Below, one piece after another: positions 17,033-26,759 of a DNA stretch of 38,695 bases (the first letter of the stretch is position 1; the number at the start of each line of letters is the position of its first letter). The notes under the pieces were generated by a model. The model was given only the letters and a program-made list of their open reading frames with translations, had not been told where the DNA came from and ran no database searches. The stretch comes from a virus. Lineage: Duplodnaviria > Caudoviricetes. The position numbers and the translations under genes were made by a program. The DNA lies in the IMG/VR virus record IMGVR_UViG_3300012167_000007, positions 1 to 38,695 of that record. One strand, 5' to 3'.

Positions 17033-19273
17033 CTACGCTGTCGAGCTGTCGGTGAGCAGGTTATACCCGGCCAGCGCCGTCAGCAGGCTCGCGAGCGCGG
17101 CGTTTCCTCCTCGGCTACCCGTGACCGTCGCCATTGGTGCGCCGTTGAAACCGAAAAACCCCAGGTCGCTACCGGACCCGGCGACCGTTGCGTGTCCGTC
17201 CAGGCGCGTTCTCCCTGCCTGAACCCAGAATGTGATCGCCGTAGTAATCGTCACGTCGCCGGCGGCAACCGGCGGCCCCACGATCGCGACTGTCACCGCA
17301 TTTGTTATCGTCTTCGCCCCGCCGGTTCCGCTGTAGGTCGGAGCAGCAACGTTCACATAGTTGAACCCCGCGGCCGTCGTGATGTTCGTGCTCCCAGTGA
17401 TGGACACGGTGCTGCCGGAAACGCTGATCGCGTTCAAGGTCGCCCCCGCCGCACTGGCCCGGATTACCGGGGCCGCGACGGCCACCGCGAGCGACGACAC
17501 AAAAACGCCGACCGTCGCCGCCGCAGATGTCAGCCGCGCGGTCGCTCCGTTCAAGGTTAGCGTCGCCGTATCAGCCTCGATCGCTATGTCGCGTACTGTT
17601 CCGCCGCTGGATTCGCTGACCAGCACCCACGTGTTCGACGACCATAGGGCGCGGACGCGCTCGTACGTGGTGTCGCCGATCTCCCCGAGGTTGTGCCACG
17701 ACTGCTGTACGTCCTCGCCCAAGATCAAGTGCTGGGCGCCGGTGTCGTATGAGAACGCCGCGACCCCCGTCGGCGCCGTGCTCGTTCCGGTGCTGACAAG
17801 GACGGTCGCGGCCGGGGGCCAGGCGATCGCCCCGGCAACATCTGACGCCGAGGCGATCGACAGGATACCCGTCGTAACAGCAGCCTGTACGAGTCGCCCG
17901 GTCCCGGCGGCACCCAGGTCGTTGATGGACACCACGCCGCCGGTGGTGATGCGCATGCGCTCGGGCGCGTTTGGAAAAATCGCCTTCGTGAACCACACGA
18001 AGTCGCCGACGTTCTGGTCGATCCAGAAGTGCATGTTGCTGCTGTTGCCGAATTTCTCAAGGCACACGATCCCAGGACCGTAAGGGGATCCGTACGCCGA
18101 GCCCGTCGAGAACAGCGCAGTCGAAAACCCAACAGTGAAACCCGCATCATTCCCGAGCGAGAACGATGTGTAGGCGACGCCTCCCGTGTTCGGATTCGAG
18201 AACCCGAACACGACGCCACCGTTGGTGCTCCTGTTGTACTGAACCCCGATGAAGCTGCTGGGCGCGGCGTTGCCGATCGACAGGACGCTGGTCGCCTCGT
18301 CGAAAAACATCGTGGACGTCGAGCCGAAAACCAGTTTCCCGGCGTTGTCGATGTCGAGGCGCACGGTCCCGTTCGTGTAGAGGCTGAGCGACGTCGCGCT
18401 TGACGTGCCGATGAACAGGGCGCCGCTCCCCGACTTGTCGATGCTCTGATTGCCCAGCCTTGGCATCAGCACGTCACCGCCCAGCGTCAGCGCATTGGTG
18501 GTGTCGTTCCAAAACAGATTGGTGTTGTCCTGCGCGAGCTGGCTGCTTGCTGCGTAGAACGGAATCGACCCGGTCGTGCCGGCGAACGCCGTCGGCGTCG
18601 ACACGCCCGCCGCCACCGTCTGCTGCAGCGTGCCGTTGCCCAGCGCGCCGAGGTTCACCTCGTTCGCCAGGTCCGCGCTCGCCTCGGACACCCAGAATCG
18701 CGCTGCCACCGACGGCACCGACAGCGTGCCACCCGTGAAGCTCAGGCCGCCACCGATCGCAACGATCGCGGGCGTGGATATTCCGGCCGCAACGGTCTGG
18801 TACAGGATGCCGTCGCCGAGCGCTCCCAGGTCCACGGCGTTCGGCAGGGACGCGTCTGCGATCGACAACCAGTAGCGCGCCAGGGCGCTTGGCGTGCCGC
18901 TCGGCCCTCCCGTGAACGGGATGTCAGAGGGCGGAAACGGCCTCGGGCCCTGCTGGCCGTTAAACCGTATCCTGACGGTCAGCGGCGCGGCCGAGGCGCG
19001 CAGGATGATCGTGTCACGCGGGCGCGGGTTGACCGTCGTCGAGCGCCAGACGGTCACGGCGGCGTCGCGGTCGATCACCTCCCACGACACGGGCGGGAAG
19101 CCCAATCCGTGGAACACCTGCACGTCCGTGTCGACGGCCGCGAACGTGACGTCGACCAGCCGATCGTTGGTCACGGCCTGCGTGAGCGACCCGAGCGTTG
19201 TGCGCAGCCGCGCCAAGATGCGATTGAGCACCGCGCTGCCCGTGTCCTGCTGCTCGACGTCGAAGGGGATCAC
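17033..19273 (-). CDS. Tail fibre / receptor-binding protein
   Basis: N-terminal HGLGFPP domain, internal repeat, ERMRIT and LFWN fibre motifs, C-terminal VTGSRGGNAALASLLTALA; GTGA-coupled start. Confidence 0.8.
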   Translation of the reverse strand: MIPFDVEQQDTGSAVLNRILARLRTTLGSLTQAVTNDRLVDVTFAAVDTDVQVFHGLGFPPVSWEVIDRDAAVTVWRSTTVNPRPRDTIILRASAAPLTVRIRFNGQQGPRPFPPSDIPFTGGPSGTPSALARYWLSIADASLPNAVDLGALGDGILYQTVAAGISTPAIVAIGGGLSFTGGTLSVPSVAARFWVSEASADLANEVNLGALGNGTLQQTVAAGVSTPTAFAGTTGSIPFYAASSQLAQDNTNLFWNDTTNALTLGGDVLMPRLGNQSIDKSGSGALFIGTSSATSLSLYTNGTVRLDIDNAGKLVFGSTSTMFFDEATSVLSIGNAAPSSFIGVQYNRSTNGGVVFGFSNPNTGGVAYTSFSLGNDAGFTVGFSTALFSTGSAYGSPYGPGIVCLEKFGNSSNMHFWIDQNVGDFVWFTKAIFPNAPERMRITTGGVVSINDLGAAGTGRLVQAAVTTGILSIASASDVAGAIAWPPAATVLVSTGTSTAPTGVAAFSYDTGAQHLILGEDVQQSWHNLGEIGDTTYERVRALWSSNTWVLVSESSGGTVRDIAIEADTATLTLNGATARLTSAAATVGVFVSSLAVAVAAPVIRASAAGATLNAISVSGSTVSITGSTNITTAAGFNYVNVAAPTYSGTGGAKTITNAVTVAIVGPPVAAGDVTITTAITFWVQAGRTRLDGHATVAGSGSDLGFFGFNGAPMATVTGSRGGNAALASLLTALAGYNLLTDSSTA
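18590..18880 (-). repeat. Internal duplication of about 38 aa in the tail fibre
   Basis: ARYWLSIADASLPNAVDLGALGDGILYQTVAAGISTP versus ARFWVSEASADLANEVNLGALGNGTLQQTVAAGVSTP. Confidence 0.85.
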
Positions 19274-20187
19274 CAATCACCGATGTCGTCGCCGTCTGTG
19301 TCGATAACCGTCGCCGGGCCACCGCTGTCGGTCTCCAGCGCCTCAAGCAGGTCGAGCCGAATCAGGTTGCGCTGCTCCTTCAGCTCCTTCGCCTGCGCGT
19401 AGCTCTCTTCTTTGGTCAGCGACTTGATCGCGGCGGTCAGCCACACGTATTCGCTGTACGGTTCGAGCTCGGCGTCGAGCGGCGTGGACACCGTGGCCGT
19501 CGTGAGGGCTGCGAACACGCCGACTGGCGGCGCGGGGGTCACGGTGATGTCGCCGGGCCCAACAACGGTGAGAATTTCATAGTCCCCGTCGTTGACTGGA
19601 TCGGTGCATGCGTCGAGCGTTAGAATGTTGCCCACGTCGGCGGCTGTGAACGACGTGTCCGAGTCGAAGTGCAGCGCGCCCGCGCCGTCCGACGTGTCGT
19701 CGCCGAAGTCCATCACGATCGACCGCACCAGCAGGAGCGTGCGCGGCTTCGGCGTGTAGTAGAGCCGGTAGTTGCCGCTCGCCTGCTCCTCGGCTTGGAT
19801 CTTGAGAATCGACGACCCGACCAGGTTGTAGAACCGATCGTTCGCGAACGTCGACAGGTCGCGGGTGCTGTTCTGTCGGTAGCGGTTGCGCTCGGCGAAG
19901 TTGAACGGCCGCACCTCGCGGCGCCGGGGCGTGTCGGCGTCGATGTCCAGCCCCGACAGGCGCCAGAAGTTCGTCGGCAGCGTGACCTGGGATTCGCCCG
20001 CGGCGAGCGTGAAGTCGTACGTGCGGTAGTACGTCTTCTTGAACTTGTTCGTAACGAACCGATGCAGCTCGTTGACGCCGTTTTGCAGCCACGACAGCCA
20101 CGTCGGGTTGGTGACGTAGTCCGCGACGTTGGTGAGGTCGGCGCCTTCCTTCGCGAGCACGATGAGTTGTTCGGTCGTAACACTCAT
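19270..20187 (-). CDS. Head-tail adaptor / tail tubular protein A-like
   Basis: LPTNFWRLSGLD, YRLYYTPKP, YSEYVWLTAAIK patterns; position after capsid genes. Confidence 0.72.
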   Translation of the reverse strand: MSVTTEQLIVLAKEGADLTNVADYVTNPTWLSWLQNGVNELHRFVTNKFKKTYYRTYDFTLAAGESQVTLPTNFWRLSGLDIDADTPRRREVRPFNFAERNRYRQNSTRDLSTFANDRFYNLVGSSILKIQAEEQASGNYRLYYTPKPRTLLLVRSIVMDFGDDTSDGAGALHFDSDTSFTAADVGNILTLDACTDPVNDGDYEILTVVGPGDITVTPAPPVGVFAALTTATVSTPLDAELEPYSEYVWLTAAIKSLTKEESYAQAKELKEQRNLIRLDLLEALETDSGGPATVIDTDGDDIGDW

Positions 20188-20194
20188 CGCGGGC

Positions 20195-20425
20195 CTACTT
20201 CGTCAGGCGGATGATCTCCTGCAGCGCGCGCAGCGTCGTTGGTGACGCCTTGATGCCCGCCGCCTGCGCGAAGTCCGCGTAGGCCGACTGCAGTTGCGCC
20301 TCGTCGGCGTCCTCGTCGGGCGCCTCGACGTCGGGCTCGGCGTCCAGCGCCTCCATGGCCTCCATCATGTCGGGCTTGGGGGCCTTCCGGGCGAGGTTGC
20401 GGGCGTATTCGGGTCCCAGCGCCAC
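20195..20425 (-). CDS. Hypothetical acidic protein, 76 aa
   Basis: GTG start just after the upstream stop; fills the gap in the late operon. Confidence 0.6.
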   Translation of the reverse strand: MALGPEYARNLARKAPKPDMMEAMEALDAEPDVEAPDEDADEAQLQSAYADFAQAAGIKASPTTLRALQEIIRLTK

Positions 20426-20427
20426 GA

Positions 20428-20811
20428 TCAGACCTTGGCGACGAGCGCCGCCCACGTGCAGACGGTGCCCGACGCGGGGTCGGTATCCGCCTGCGTGTCG
20501 GTGCGCTTGAACTGGATCGAGAACCCGGACGTCGTCAGCAACCGCGCCTGTGGATCGCTGCCGGTCGTCGTCGGAAACGCGCTGTCGTCCGGCCCGATCA
20601 TGAGCGGCGCGAGCGGCCGGACGCGCTTGTAGGTGCGGTCGAGCGCGACGGCGTACCGCCCGTCCTCACTGGCCGTCTGTGTGACCGTGCCGCCGGACAG
20701 CTTCGCGCCGTCCTGCGCCGAGATGGCACCGGACGCACCGATCGTGAAGCTGCCACCGATGAGCAGCAGCTTCGGGTTGAGCGTCTCGAGGTTGTAGCTG
20801 CGACGGGTCAT
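20428..20811 (-). CDS. Putative capsid decoration or minor head protein
   Basis: SD AGGAG; beta-rich with GRYAVALD; directly after the capsid gene. Confidence 0.6.
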   Translation of the reverse strand: MTRRSYNLETLNPKLLLIGGSFTIGASGAISAQDGAKLSGGTVTQTASEDGRYAVALDRTYKRVRPLAPLMIGPDDSAFPTTTGSDPQARLLTTSGFSIQFKRTDTQADTDPASGTVCTWAALVAKV

Positions 20812-20821
20812 GACGCTCCTA

Positions 20822-22093
20822 TCAGGTCAGGGCCGCGAACAGGACGACGCCGCACGCGGCGGGATCCTGCATCGTGAAGGCGTGCACCGCGTAGATGCGC
20901 AGCTCAGAGCTGTTGTCGTCGGAGACGCGCACCCACTGGCCGTCGCCTTCCATCTGCACGTGGGGCGTCTCGCCAGCGCCGACGTTCTCAAAGGCGCCCT
21001 TGGACAGCGAGTAGCCGACGTCATCCTCGCAGTTGCGGTCGACCTTGATCTCGACCTTCACCTCGATGGCGTTGACGTTCAGGCGCAGGAAGCCGCCCTC
21101 GCCGTTCGCGCTGGAGTCGAAGCGCCGATCGCTGCCGAGCGCGATGGACATCGCGGACCACCGCTTGTAACTGCAGTAGTGGGTCAGGTCGGTCGCGTTG
21201 CCGATGATCACGCACGCGGCGAGGTTCTTTTCGATGGCGTCGATGTCGTCCATCGCCGATCCGTCGGTGAAGTTGCCGAACGCCCGGCTGTTGCCGGTGC
21301 GCAGCGTCCCCTCGACGGTGAGGATCGCCGTGTCGGTGATCGGCCGCACCTGGGGGAGCCAGGTCCGCAGCCCGACGGCGCAGACGCGCGACGGGGTGCC
21401 GCTGTTCTCGCGGTCGCCGGCCAGGAACACGAAGTCGCCCGTCACCCACCCGAGGGTCACACCCAGATCGGCGACGCTCGTCTCGATCTGACTGGTGTCG
21501 TAGTCGACCGTCGTCACCAGCGCGGCCGTCGCCGAGCGGAGCGCGTCGGCGTGCAGCGAGTCGGCGGCGACGAGGGGCATGCCCTCAACGAAGTGGTTGA
21601 CGGCGCCGTTGCTGACGCTGAATGAGTCGTTGCCGAGCGTGCCCGGGTACGTGATGGCCGACGCCGCCAGCTCGCCCCAGCCCGACGCCAGCGCGCGGAC
21701 CGACAGCATGTGGTGCGCCATGCGCATCGCCGAGGCCGCAGCGAATGCGACCGCGTTGAGGAACGCCGTCACGTTCGTGCGGGTGAGGGCCTTCGCCTTC
21801 GCCGACACACGGATCGGAGCGTTGATCTCCTGCCAAGGCATGTTGAACTTGAGCCCCGGCGACACGGTGCTGTTGGACGCCAGCCCCTGCGCGATCGTGA
21901 AGTCCTGCGAGACCGTGAACACGTCCTTGAGAACCTGCGTGAACGTGCAGAAGTCGCCGCCCCCGTCGGTCTTCTTGGGCATGGCCTTCCAGATCGCGCC
22001 CTGCTTCGCGGCGATCGAGTTCTGGACGGTCTTGTTGCTGAAGTACCGCTTCAGAATCCCGGCGACGGTGGTTGCGTTCAGTGCGGCGGCCAT
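20822..22093 (-). CDS. Major capsid protein
   Basis: 423 aa; strong SD AGGAG; after scaffold; ILKRYF N-terminus and ELRIY...PAACGVV C-terminus. Confidence 0.82.
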   Translation of the reverse strand: MAAALNATTVAGILKRYFSNKTVQNSIAAKQGAIWKAMPKKTDGGGDFCTFTQVLKDVFTVSQDFTIAQGLASNSTVSPGLKFNMPWQEINAPIRVSAKAKALTRTNVTAFLNAVAFAAASAMRMAHHMLSVRALASGWGELAASAITYPGTLGNDSFSVSNGAVNHFVEGMPLVAADSLHADALRSATAALVTTVDYDTSQIETSVADLGVTLGWVTGDFVFLAGDRENSGTPSRVCAVGLRTWLPQVRPITDTAILTVEGTLRTGNSRAFGNFTDGSAMDDIDAIEKNLAACVIIGNATDLTHYCSYKRWSAMSIALGSDRRFDSSANGEGGFLRLNVNAIEVKVEIKVDRNCEDDVGYSLSKGAFENVGAGETPHVQMEGDGQWVRVSDDNSSELRIYAVHAFTMQDPAACGVVLFAALT

Positions 22094-22116
22094 TGGCTAA
22101 CTCCTGGTGTGTGCGT

Positions 22117-23052
22117 TCACGCGAGCCCCGCCTGTGCGACGAGGTACTTCATCAACTTCTCGGGGTCCTCGGGCTCATCACCCGTGGTCGGCGCGGCGTC
22201 GCGCGCGCTGCCGCCGATCGACGGCGTGTCGGCGCGCGCGGGAACGGCGGCGGCGGCCGGCTTCGCGGCGGGCGGCGCCCAGCCGAGCTTTTTGGCCGCG
22301 GCGATGCCCATGCCGGTCAGGTCGGCCTCGACGGCTGCCGCGGCCTTGTCCCAGCTGATCGCCTTGCCGTGCGTCGCGTGGTACGCGAGCATGTAGTCGG
22401 TCACCAGCGAGGCGCTCTTGGCCTGGTTGATGAGCGGGTATTTCGGCGACGCGGTGATCTCGCGCTGAATCTCGGCGACGCGGTTGTTGACCGTGGCCTG
22501 TTGCTCGGCGGTCTCGCGGTCAGCGATGCGCTTCTCGAGCGCGGTCAGGCGCGGGTTGTCGTCGGTCTCCACCGGCGCCGGCGCCTTGCCCTCGGCGATG
22601 CTGGCGTCGATGACGTCGTCGATGCTCTTGCCGTACTTGGCGAGCAGCGCCTTCGGGTTCTTGAGCAGGTCGGCGAGGATGTTCTCGTGACCCTGCGTCT
22701 CGCGGGCGGCGATCGTGGCCTCGCGTGCGGCCAGCTCGGCCTCCCGCGCTTCGTGCTTCGCCAGCATCGCGCGCACGCGGCGAGCGGTGACGTCGTCGAC
22801 CGGCTTGTCGGCCTCGGCCGGAGGCGTCTCACCTTCGACGGGCGGGGCGTCCGTGGTGGGCGACGTTGCGGGCGTGCCGTCGGGCGGGATTGCCTCGGTG
22901 GCGGCGACCGGCGGCGTCTGCACGACATCCGCGCCGGCGGCGTCGGCGGCTGCCAGTTCGGCCGCTACGATCTGGTCGAGCGACAGTTCGACAGGCGCGT
23001 CCGTGACCGCCGCTGCCGGCGTTGCCGCTGGTGTCTCGGTGCTGACGTCCAC
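22117..23052 (-). CDS. Capsid scaffolding protein
   Basis: Pro/Ala/acidic N-terminus, coiled coils; between portal and capsid. Confidence 0.75.
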   Translation of the reverse strand: MDVSTETPAATPAAAVTDAPVELSLDQIVAAELAAADAAGADVVQTPPVAATEAIPPDGTPATSPTTDAPPVEGETPPAEADKPVDDVTARRVRAMLAKHEAREAELAAREATIAARETQGHENILADLLKNPKALLAKYGKSIDDVIDASIAEGKAPAPVETDDNPRLTALEKRIADRETAEQQATVNNRVAEIQREITASPKYPLINQAKSASLVTDYMLAYHATHGKAISWDKAAAAVEADLTGMGIAAAKKLGWAPPAAKPAAAAVPARADTPSIGGSARDAAPTTGDEPEDPEKLMKYLVAQAGLA

Positions 23053-23058
23053 ACCCAG

Positions 23059-23072
23059 GCACCAGCGTCACG
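23059..23072 (-). promoter_or_regulatory. Late-gene motif copy CGTGACGCTGGTGC
   Basis: Intergenic, 7 nt from the scaffold GTG. Confidence 0.65.
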
Positions 23073-23083
23073 CGGGCGGGCCG

Positions 23084-24973
23084 CTACTGCGGCAGCTGGA
23101 CGTTGCCCGGCGGCGGCACGGCGCCGGCCTGGATCGCCCCCATTTGGTCCATCGGTGCCGCCGCCGGCGGCGGGGCGGCTCCTGGCGGTGCGCCGGGCTG
23201 TAGCGGCGTCGGCTTCTTGCCCTCGGCGCGGATCTTCAGCTCGCGCAGCTCGTCGACGTAGCGGCGGGCGAGCGAGACGTTCTTGCGCGGCAGCTTCTCC
23301 ACCTCGGCCATCGCCAGGTACACGGCGGCGGTCTTGATTGCGATCTGGTAGTTGCCCACCGCGAGCTCGTCGGGGTGCTTCGCCTTCCCGTCGTACAGCA
23401 TCGCCTCGAAGTGCTGCGAGAACATGACCTGAATGCTGTTCTCCAGCGTCTGCTCGCTCTCGACGTCGAGGTCCGACATGGCAGCGCGGGCGCGGTCGAC
23501 GTCCCACAGCTGCGATTCGAGCATCTTCAGGATGAAGTCGAGGCGCGCCGCGGGCGTGAGCGGCAGGAACCCGGTCGGGTAGATCGTGACCTTCTTCTTC
23601 TTGAGGTCGGCGATCGTCTTCTTGAAGTCCACGACGTCGATGCCCTTCGGCCCCTCGGCCTCCACCTCGTATTCGCCACCGTCGGCAACGATGTCGGCGG
23701 CCATCTCGACGACGCGGTTGAAAATCTCGACGTGCGGGTTCTCCCAGGCGCGCTGCGCGTAGATCTGAAGGCGCAGGTTCTGTGACTCCATCGCCTCCCG
23801 CTGCGCGACGCCCGATTCCGTGCCCGCCGCCTTGTTCCCCTCGCTGGCGTTCTGCGAGATGCCGGCGAAGCCGTACATGTTCGCGATGAGCTGCGCTTCC
23901 TCGGTGAAGAACTGCGGCGGCAGGTAGTTCCACACCAGCGCGATCGGCGGCTTGTCGGTGAAGTCGATCACACTGGCGATGTCGTTGGTCAGCTGCGTCT
24001 TGTCGATGTTGCTGCCGCGCTGGATGCCGATGTGCGGCCGGCCCATGAGCTTGCGCGCCTTGCGCTTGACCCACTGCATGTGGTTCAGGTCGACCTGCAT
24101 CGTCTCGAGGAACGACGCGAGCGACGTGCCGCCGAAGCCCACCATGAACGGCTCCCAGATGACGAACGTGTAGGGCGTCCAGGTCTTTTTGTACGGCTCC
24201 ATCAGCAGGCGCTTGCCGGCGTCCGACTCGATGACGATGCCGTGCCACCCGTCGTCGGTGTCCTTCGTCGTGCGCGCCGCGTAGCACTCGCGCACCAGCA
24301 CCATGTCGGTCGACCCGCCGTTCTCCGTCGGGATGGTGTCGGCGGCGGCGATGATCCCTTTCGCCTTCGGGAAGCGCGACATCAGCACCGCCTTGGACAC
24401 CCCGCGGCGCCGGAACATCTTGCGGGGCCGGCCGCTGCGCGCGGCCATGTAGTCCCACGACATCTCGCCGGGCAGCACGCGCTCCAGCACGACCTTGCGC
24501 GCCACCTCGGTGTACGCGATGCAGCCGAACCGGCACACCTCGCCGTCGAGCAGCGCGGCGCCCATGATGTCGTGCAGGCTCGCCTCGGCCGACCAGCCGT
24601 CCAGCCACTGCGTCGCGGACTTCGCGCGGCGCTTCTGGTCCTGCGTGCCGTTCGTCGTCAGGAAGCGGCCGCGCACCTTCGCTCGGGCCAGCATGGCGTG
24701 CGCCGTGTTGACCACCGCGCGCAGCACGTTCCAGGGGCTGATTTGCGTCGGGCCGGCCGTCCCGAGCGTCGGGCCGGAGGCCGACAGGAACGTGCCGCTG
24801 TAGGGCTGCAGGTCGGTGATGGGCCGCTGCTCGAACATGCGCATCAGGTCGAGGTCGCGATCCAGGTCGAAGCCGATCTGCTGCTGCTCGTCGATGGCGA
24901 CCGACTCGTCGAGCATCGCCTTTGCGCGGTCGTCGGGCGAGCCGACGAAGTCCTTGGACGTCCAGTCGCTCAC
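23084..24973 (-). CDS. Portal protein
   Basis: 629 aa after TerL; WNVLRAVVNT, ERVLPGE, SGVAQRE motifs; Pro-rich tail. Confidence 0.85.
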   Translation of the reverse strand: MSDWTSKDFVGSPDDRAKAMLDESVAIDEQQQIGFDLDRDLDLMRMFEQRPITDLQPYSGTFLSASGPTLGTAGPTQISPWNVLRAVVNTAHAMLARAKVRGRFLTTNGTQDQKRRAKSATQWLDGWSAEASLHDIMGAALLDGEVCRFGCIAYTEVARKVVLERVLPGEMSWDYMAARSGRPRKMFRRRGVSKAVLMSRFPKAKGIIAAADTIPTENGGSTDMVLVRECYAARTTKDTDDGWHGIVIESDAGKRLLMEPYKKTWTPYTFVIWEPFMVGFGGTSLASFLETMQVDLNHMQWVKRKARKLMGRPHIGIQRGSNIDKTQLTNDIASVIDFTDKPPIALVWNYLPPQFFTEEAQLIANMYGFAGISQNASEGNKAAGTESGVAQREAMESQNLRLQIYAQRAWENPHVEIFNRVVEMAADIVADGGEYEVEAEGPKGIDVVDFKKTIADLKKKKVTIYPTGFLPLTPAARLDFILKMLESQLWDVDRARAAMSDLDVESEQTLENSIQVMFSQHFEAMLYDGKAKHPDELAVGNYQIAIKTAAVYLAMAEVEKLPRKNVSLARRYVDELRELKIRAEGKKPTPLQPGAPPGAAPPPAAAPMDQMGAIQAGAVPPPGNVQLPQ

Positions 24974-25254
24974 TGGGCCGCCTTGTTCTTGCGCGGCGTG
25001 GCCTTCTTATCGGGGAACCACCGCGGCGACAGGCGCTCCAGCAGGAACTTCGGATCGCCCTCGTCGTCGGGCTCCTCCGCACCGATGCGTTCGTCGTCGA
25101 GCGCCTCGGGCGACAGGTTGACGGCGATGGGACCGCGCGCGCCGATCTTGACCGGCGCGGGGCCGAGGTCCAAGGTCAGCTTGTCGGTCTGGTAGCGCGT
25201 GACGCCGTGGGCGCGGAGGATCTGCAGGAGGGCGGACAGCGGCTTGCCGTGCAC
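24970..25254 (-). CDS. Hypothetical protein, 94 aa
   Basis: LLQILRAHGVTRY; GTGA-coupled to the portal. Confidence 0.7.
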   Translation of the reverse strand: MHGKPLSALLQILRAHGVTRYQTDKLTLDLGPAPVKIGARGPIAVNLSPEALDDERIGAEEPDDEGDPKFLLERLSPRWFPDKKATPRKNKAAQ

Positions 25255-25260
25255 ACTGGA

Positions 25261-25274
25261 GCACCGGCGTCACG
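25261..25274 (-). promoter_or_regulatory. Late-gene motif copy CGTGACGCCGGTGC
   Basis: Intergenic, 7 nt from GTG 25254. Confidence 0.65.
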
Positions 25275-26759
25275 TCAGTCACCCCAGGGCGATCCCGGCT
25301 CCATGTCCTGCCCATCGCGCTCCCGCACGTCCGGCATGTCATCGAACGACGGTTTACGGGCGCGGCGCAGGGCGGCCTTGAGCCTCATTTCGCGCCGCTC
25401 GTCGTCGCTGGGCGGCAGCTCCTCATCGTCCTCCTCCCAGTGCCGCGCGAGCCGGTAGCCGTACAGCACGGCGTCGATGATGTCGCTGTGGTAGCTGTCG
25501 TCAAACACGAGGACATTCTTGGCGCGCGCGTCCGCGTCCCACTGCACGATGGCGCAGTCCTCGGCGAACACGCTGTCCGTTGGCGCCAGGAACGACCCGG
25601 TCAGCAGGGCGTCGTCCAGCAGCCCCACGTGCTCGGCCTTCCGCTGTTTGTCGGCCGCCTCGACGTTCAGGCCCCAACGGTTCTGCAGCTCGGCGCCGAT
25701 CTTCTTGCCGAGGGCACCCAGGTCGCCGACGGTGCGCTCGGGGTTGAACACCTTCGTGAGCATCTTGAGCTGATTACCCAGCTCCGTGATGCCCTGCTTG
25801 CGGGTGATCAGTTCCTTGACCAGGTGTAGCCGGCGGTCGTGCGGCGCCCAGCCCAGCACACCGATCGCGTCGGCGTCGTCGAACCCGATGTCGAACACGA
25901 GGATGTAGCGCCACCCCGGCACCGGCGCGTCCTGACGATCACAGGCGTTGCGCTGGCGGTCGTAGTGCAGCGCCAGGGCGTCGCTGTCCGTCACCCACTG
26001 GCCGCGGTACTCACGGCGGTACGTCGCGTTGTCCTCCGACCAGCGGCGGCGCGCGCGCAGCTCGGCAAGGATGGCCTCGGGGTCCTTGCCCGACTTCGTC
26101 TTGAGATGCGGGTTGTTCCGCATGTCGAGGAAGAAATGCTCCCACGCGTGCCGCTGCTCGCCCTCGTCGGCCTCGTAGAAGTAGCCGGCCAGGACAGGCC
26201 CCGGCGTGCCGACCAGCGACAGCGTGCCGTCGTAGTCGAACAGCGACGGTTCGATGATGTCGTCGACCAGCGTCGTGAGGATGCTCGCGCGGATCGCCTG
26301 TACCTCGTCGATCGCCGCGCGCTTGATGCCGCCCTCGTAGCCGCGGATCTTCTCGATCTCCTCCTTGTCCTTCGCGCCGCCCAGGTAGATCACCGGCTCG
26401 TTCTCGACGTTCGGGAAGCGCATGAACGCCTCCGTTTCGTTGGGCACGCCGCCCAGCGCGTACTTGGTGTTGAGCTTCTTGAGCGTCGGCCAGATCAGGC
26501 GCTTAGCGTTCTTGAGCGTCGACGTCACGTACAGCTGATTCGCGTACGGCGGCTCGAGCGCGCCCTCGAGGTACCACGTCGCCAGCGCCACGGTGCCACC
26601 GGCGCGGCGTGTCTTGCGCAGCACCTTGCGCTTAGCGACGCTGCGGACGAACGCGAGCTGGTCCGGGTAGCAGACGGCGTCAGCGCGGAAGGCTGGCGCC
26701 CCTTCCCGCCGTGCGCGCCGTTCCTTCTCGGCGCGGAACGCTGCTACCAGCGGGTCAAT
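25275..26759 (-). CDS. terL: Terminase large subunit; probable ATT start at 26759 (first canonical start at 26624)
   Basis: YPDQLAF Q-motif, KTRRAGGT Walker A, AAIDE Walker B, VGTPG, FDIGFDD and DIIDAVLY nuclease motifs. Confidence 0.92.
   Translation of the reverse strand: MDPLVAAFRAEKERRARREGAPAFRADAVCYPDQLAFVRSVAKRKVLRKTRRAGGTVALATWYLEGALEPPYANQLYVTSTLKNAKRLIWPTLKKLNTKYALGGVPNETEAFMRFPNVENEPVIYLGGAKDKEEIEKIRGYEGGIKRAAIDEVQAIRASILTTLVDDIIEPSLFDYDGTLSLVGTPGPVLAGYFYEADEGEQRHAWEHFFLDMRNNPHLKTKSGKDPEAILAELRARRRWSEDNATYRREYRGQWVTDSDALALHYDRQRNACDRQDAPVPGWRYILVFDIGFDDADAIGVLGWAPHDRRLHLVKELITRKQGITELGNQLKMLTKVFNPERTVGDLGALGKKIGAELQNRWGLNVEAADKQRKAEHVGLLDDALLTGSFLAPTDSVFAEDCAIVQWDADARAKNVLVFDDSYHSDIIDAVLYGYRLARHWEEDDEELPPSDDERREMRLKAALRRARKPSFDDMPDVRERDGQDMEPGSPWGD

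Noticed and set aside
22072-25195. Long alternative ORFs such as 22965..25082 (-), 22072..23337 (+) and 24032..25195 (+)
   Set aside because: Arg/Ala/Gly-rich shadow frames of high-GC genes; they overlap the well-supported portal and scaffold and show no motifs.
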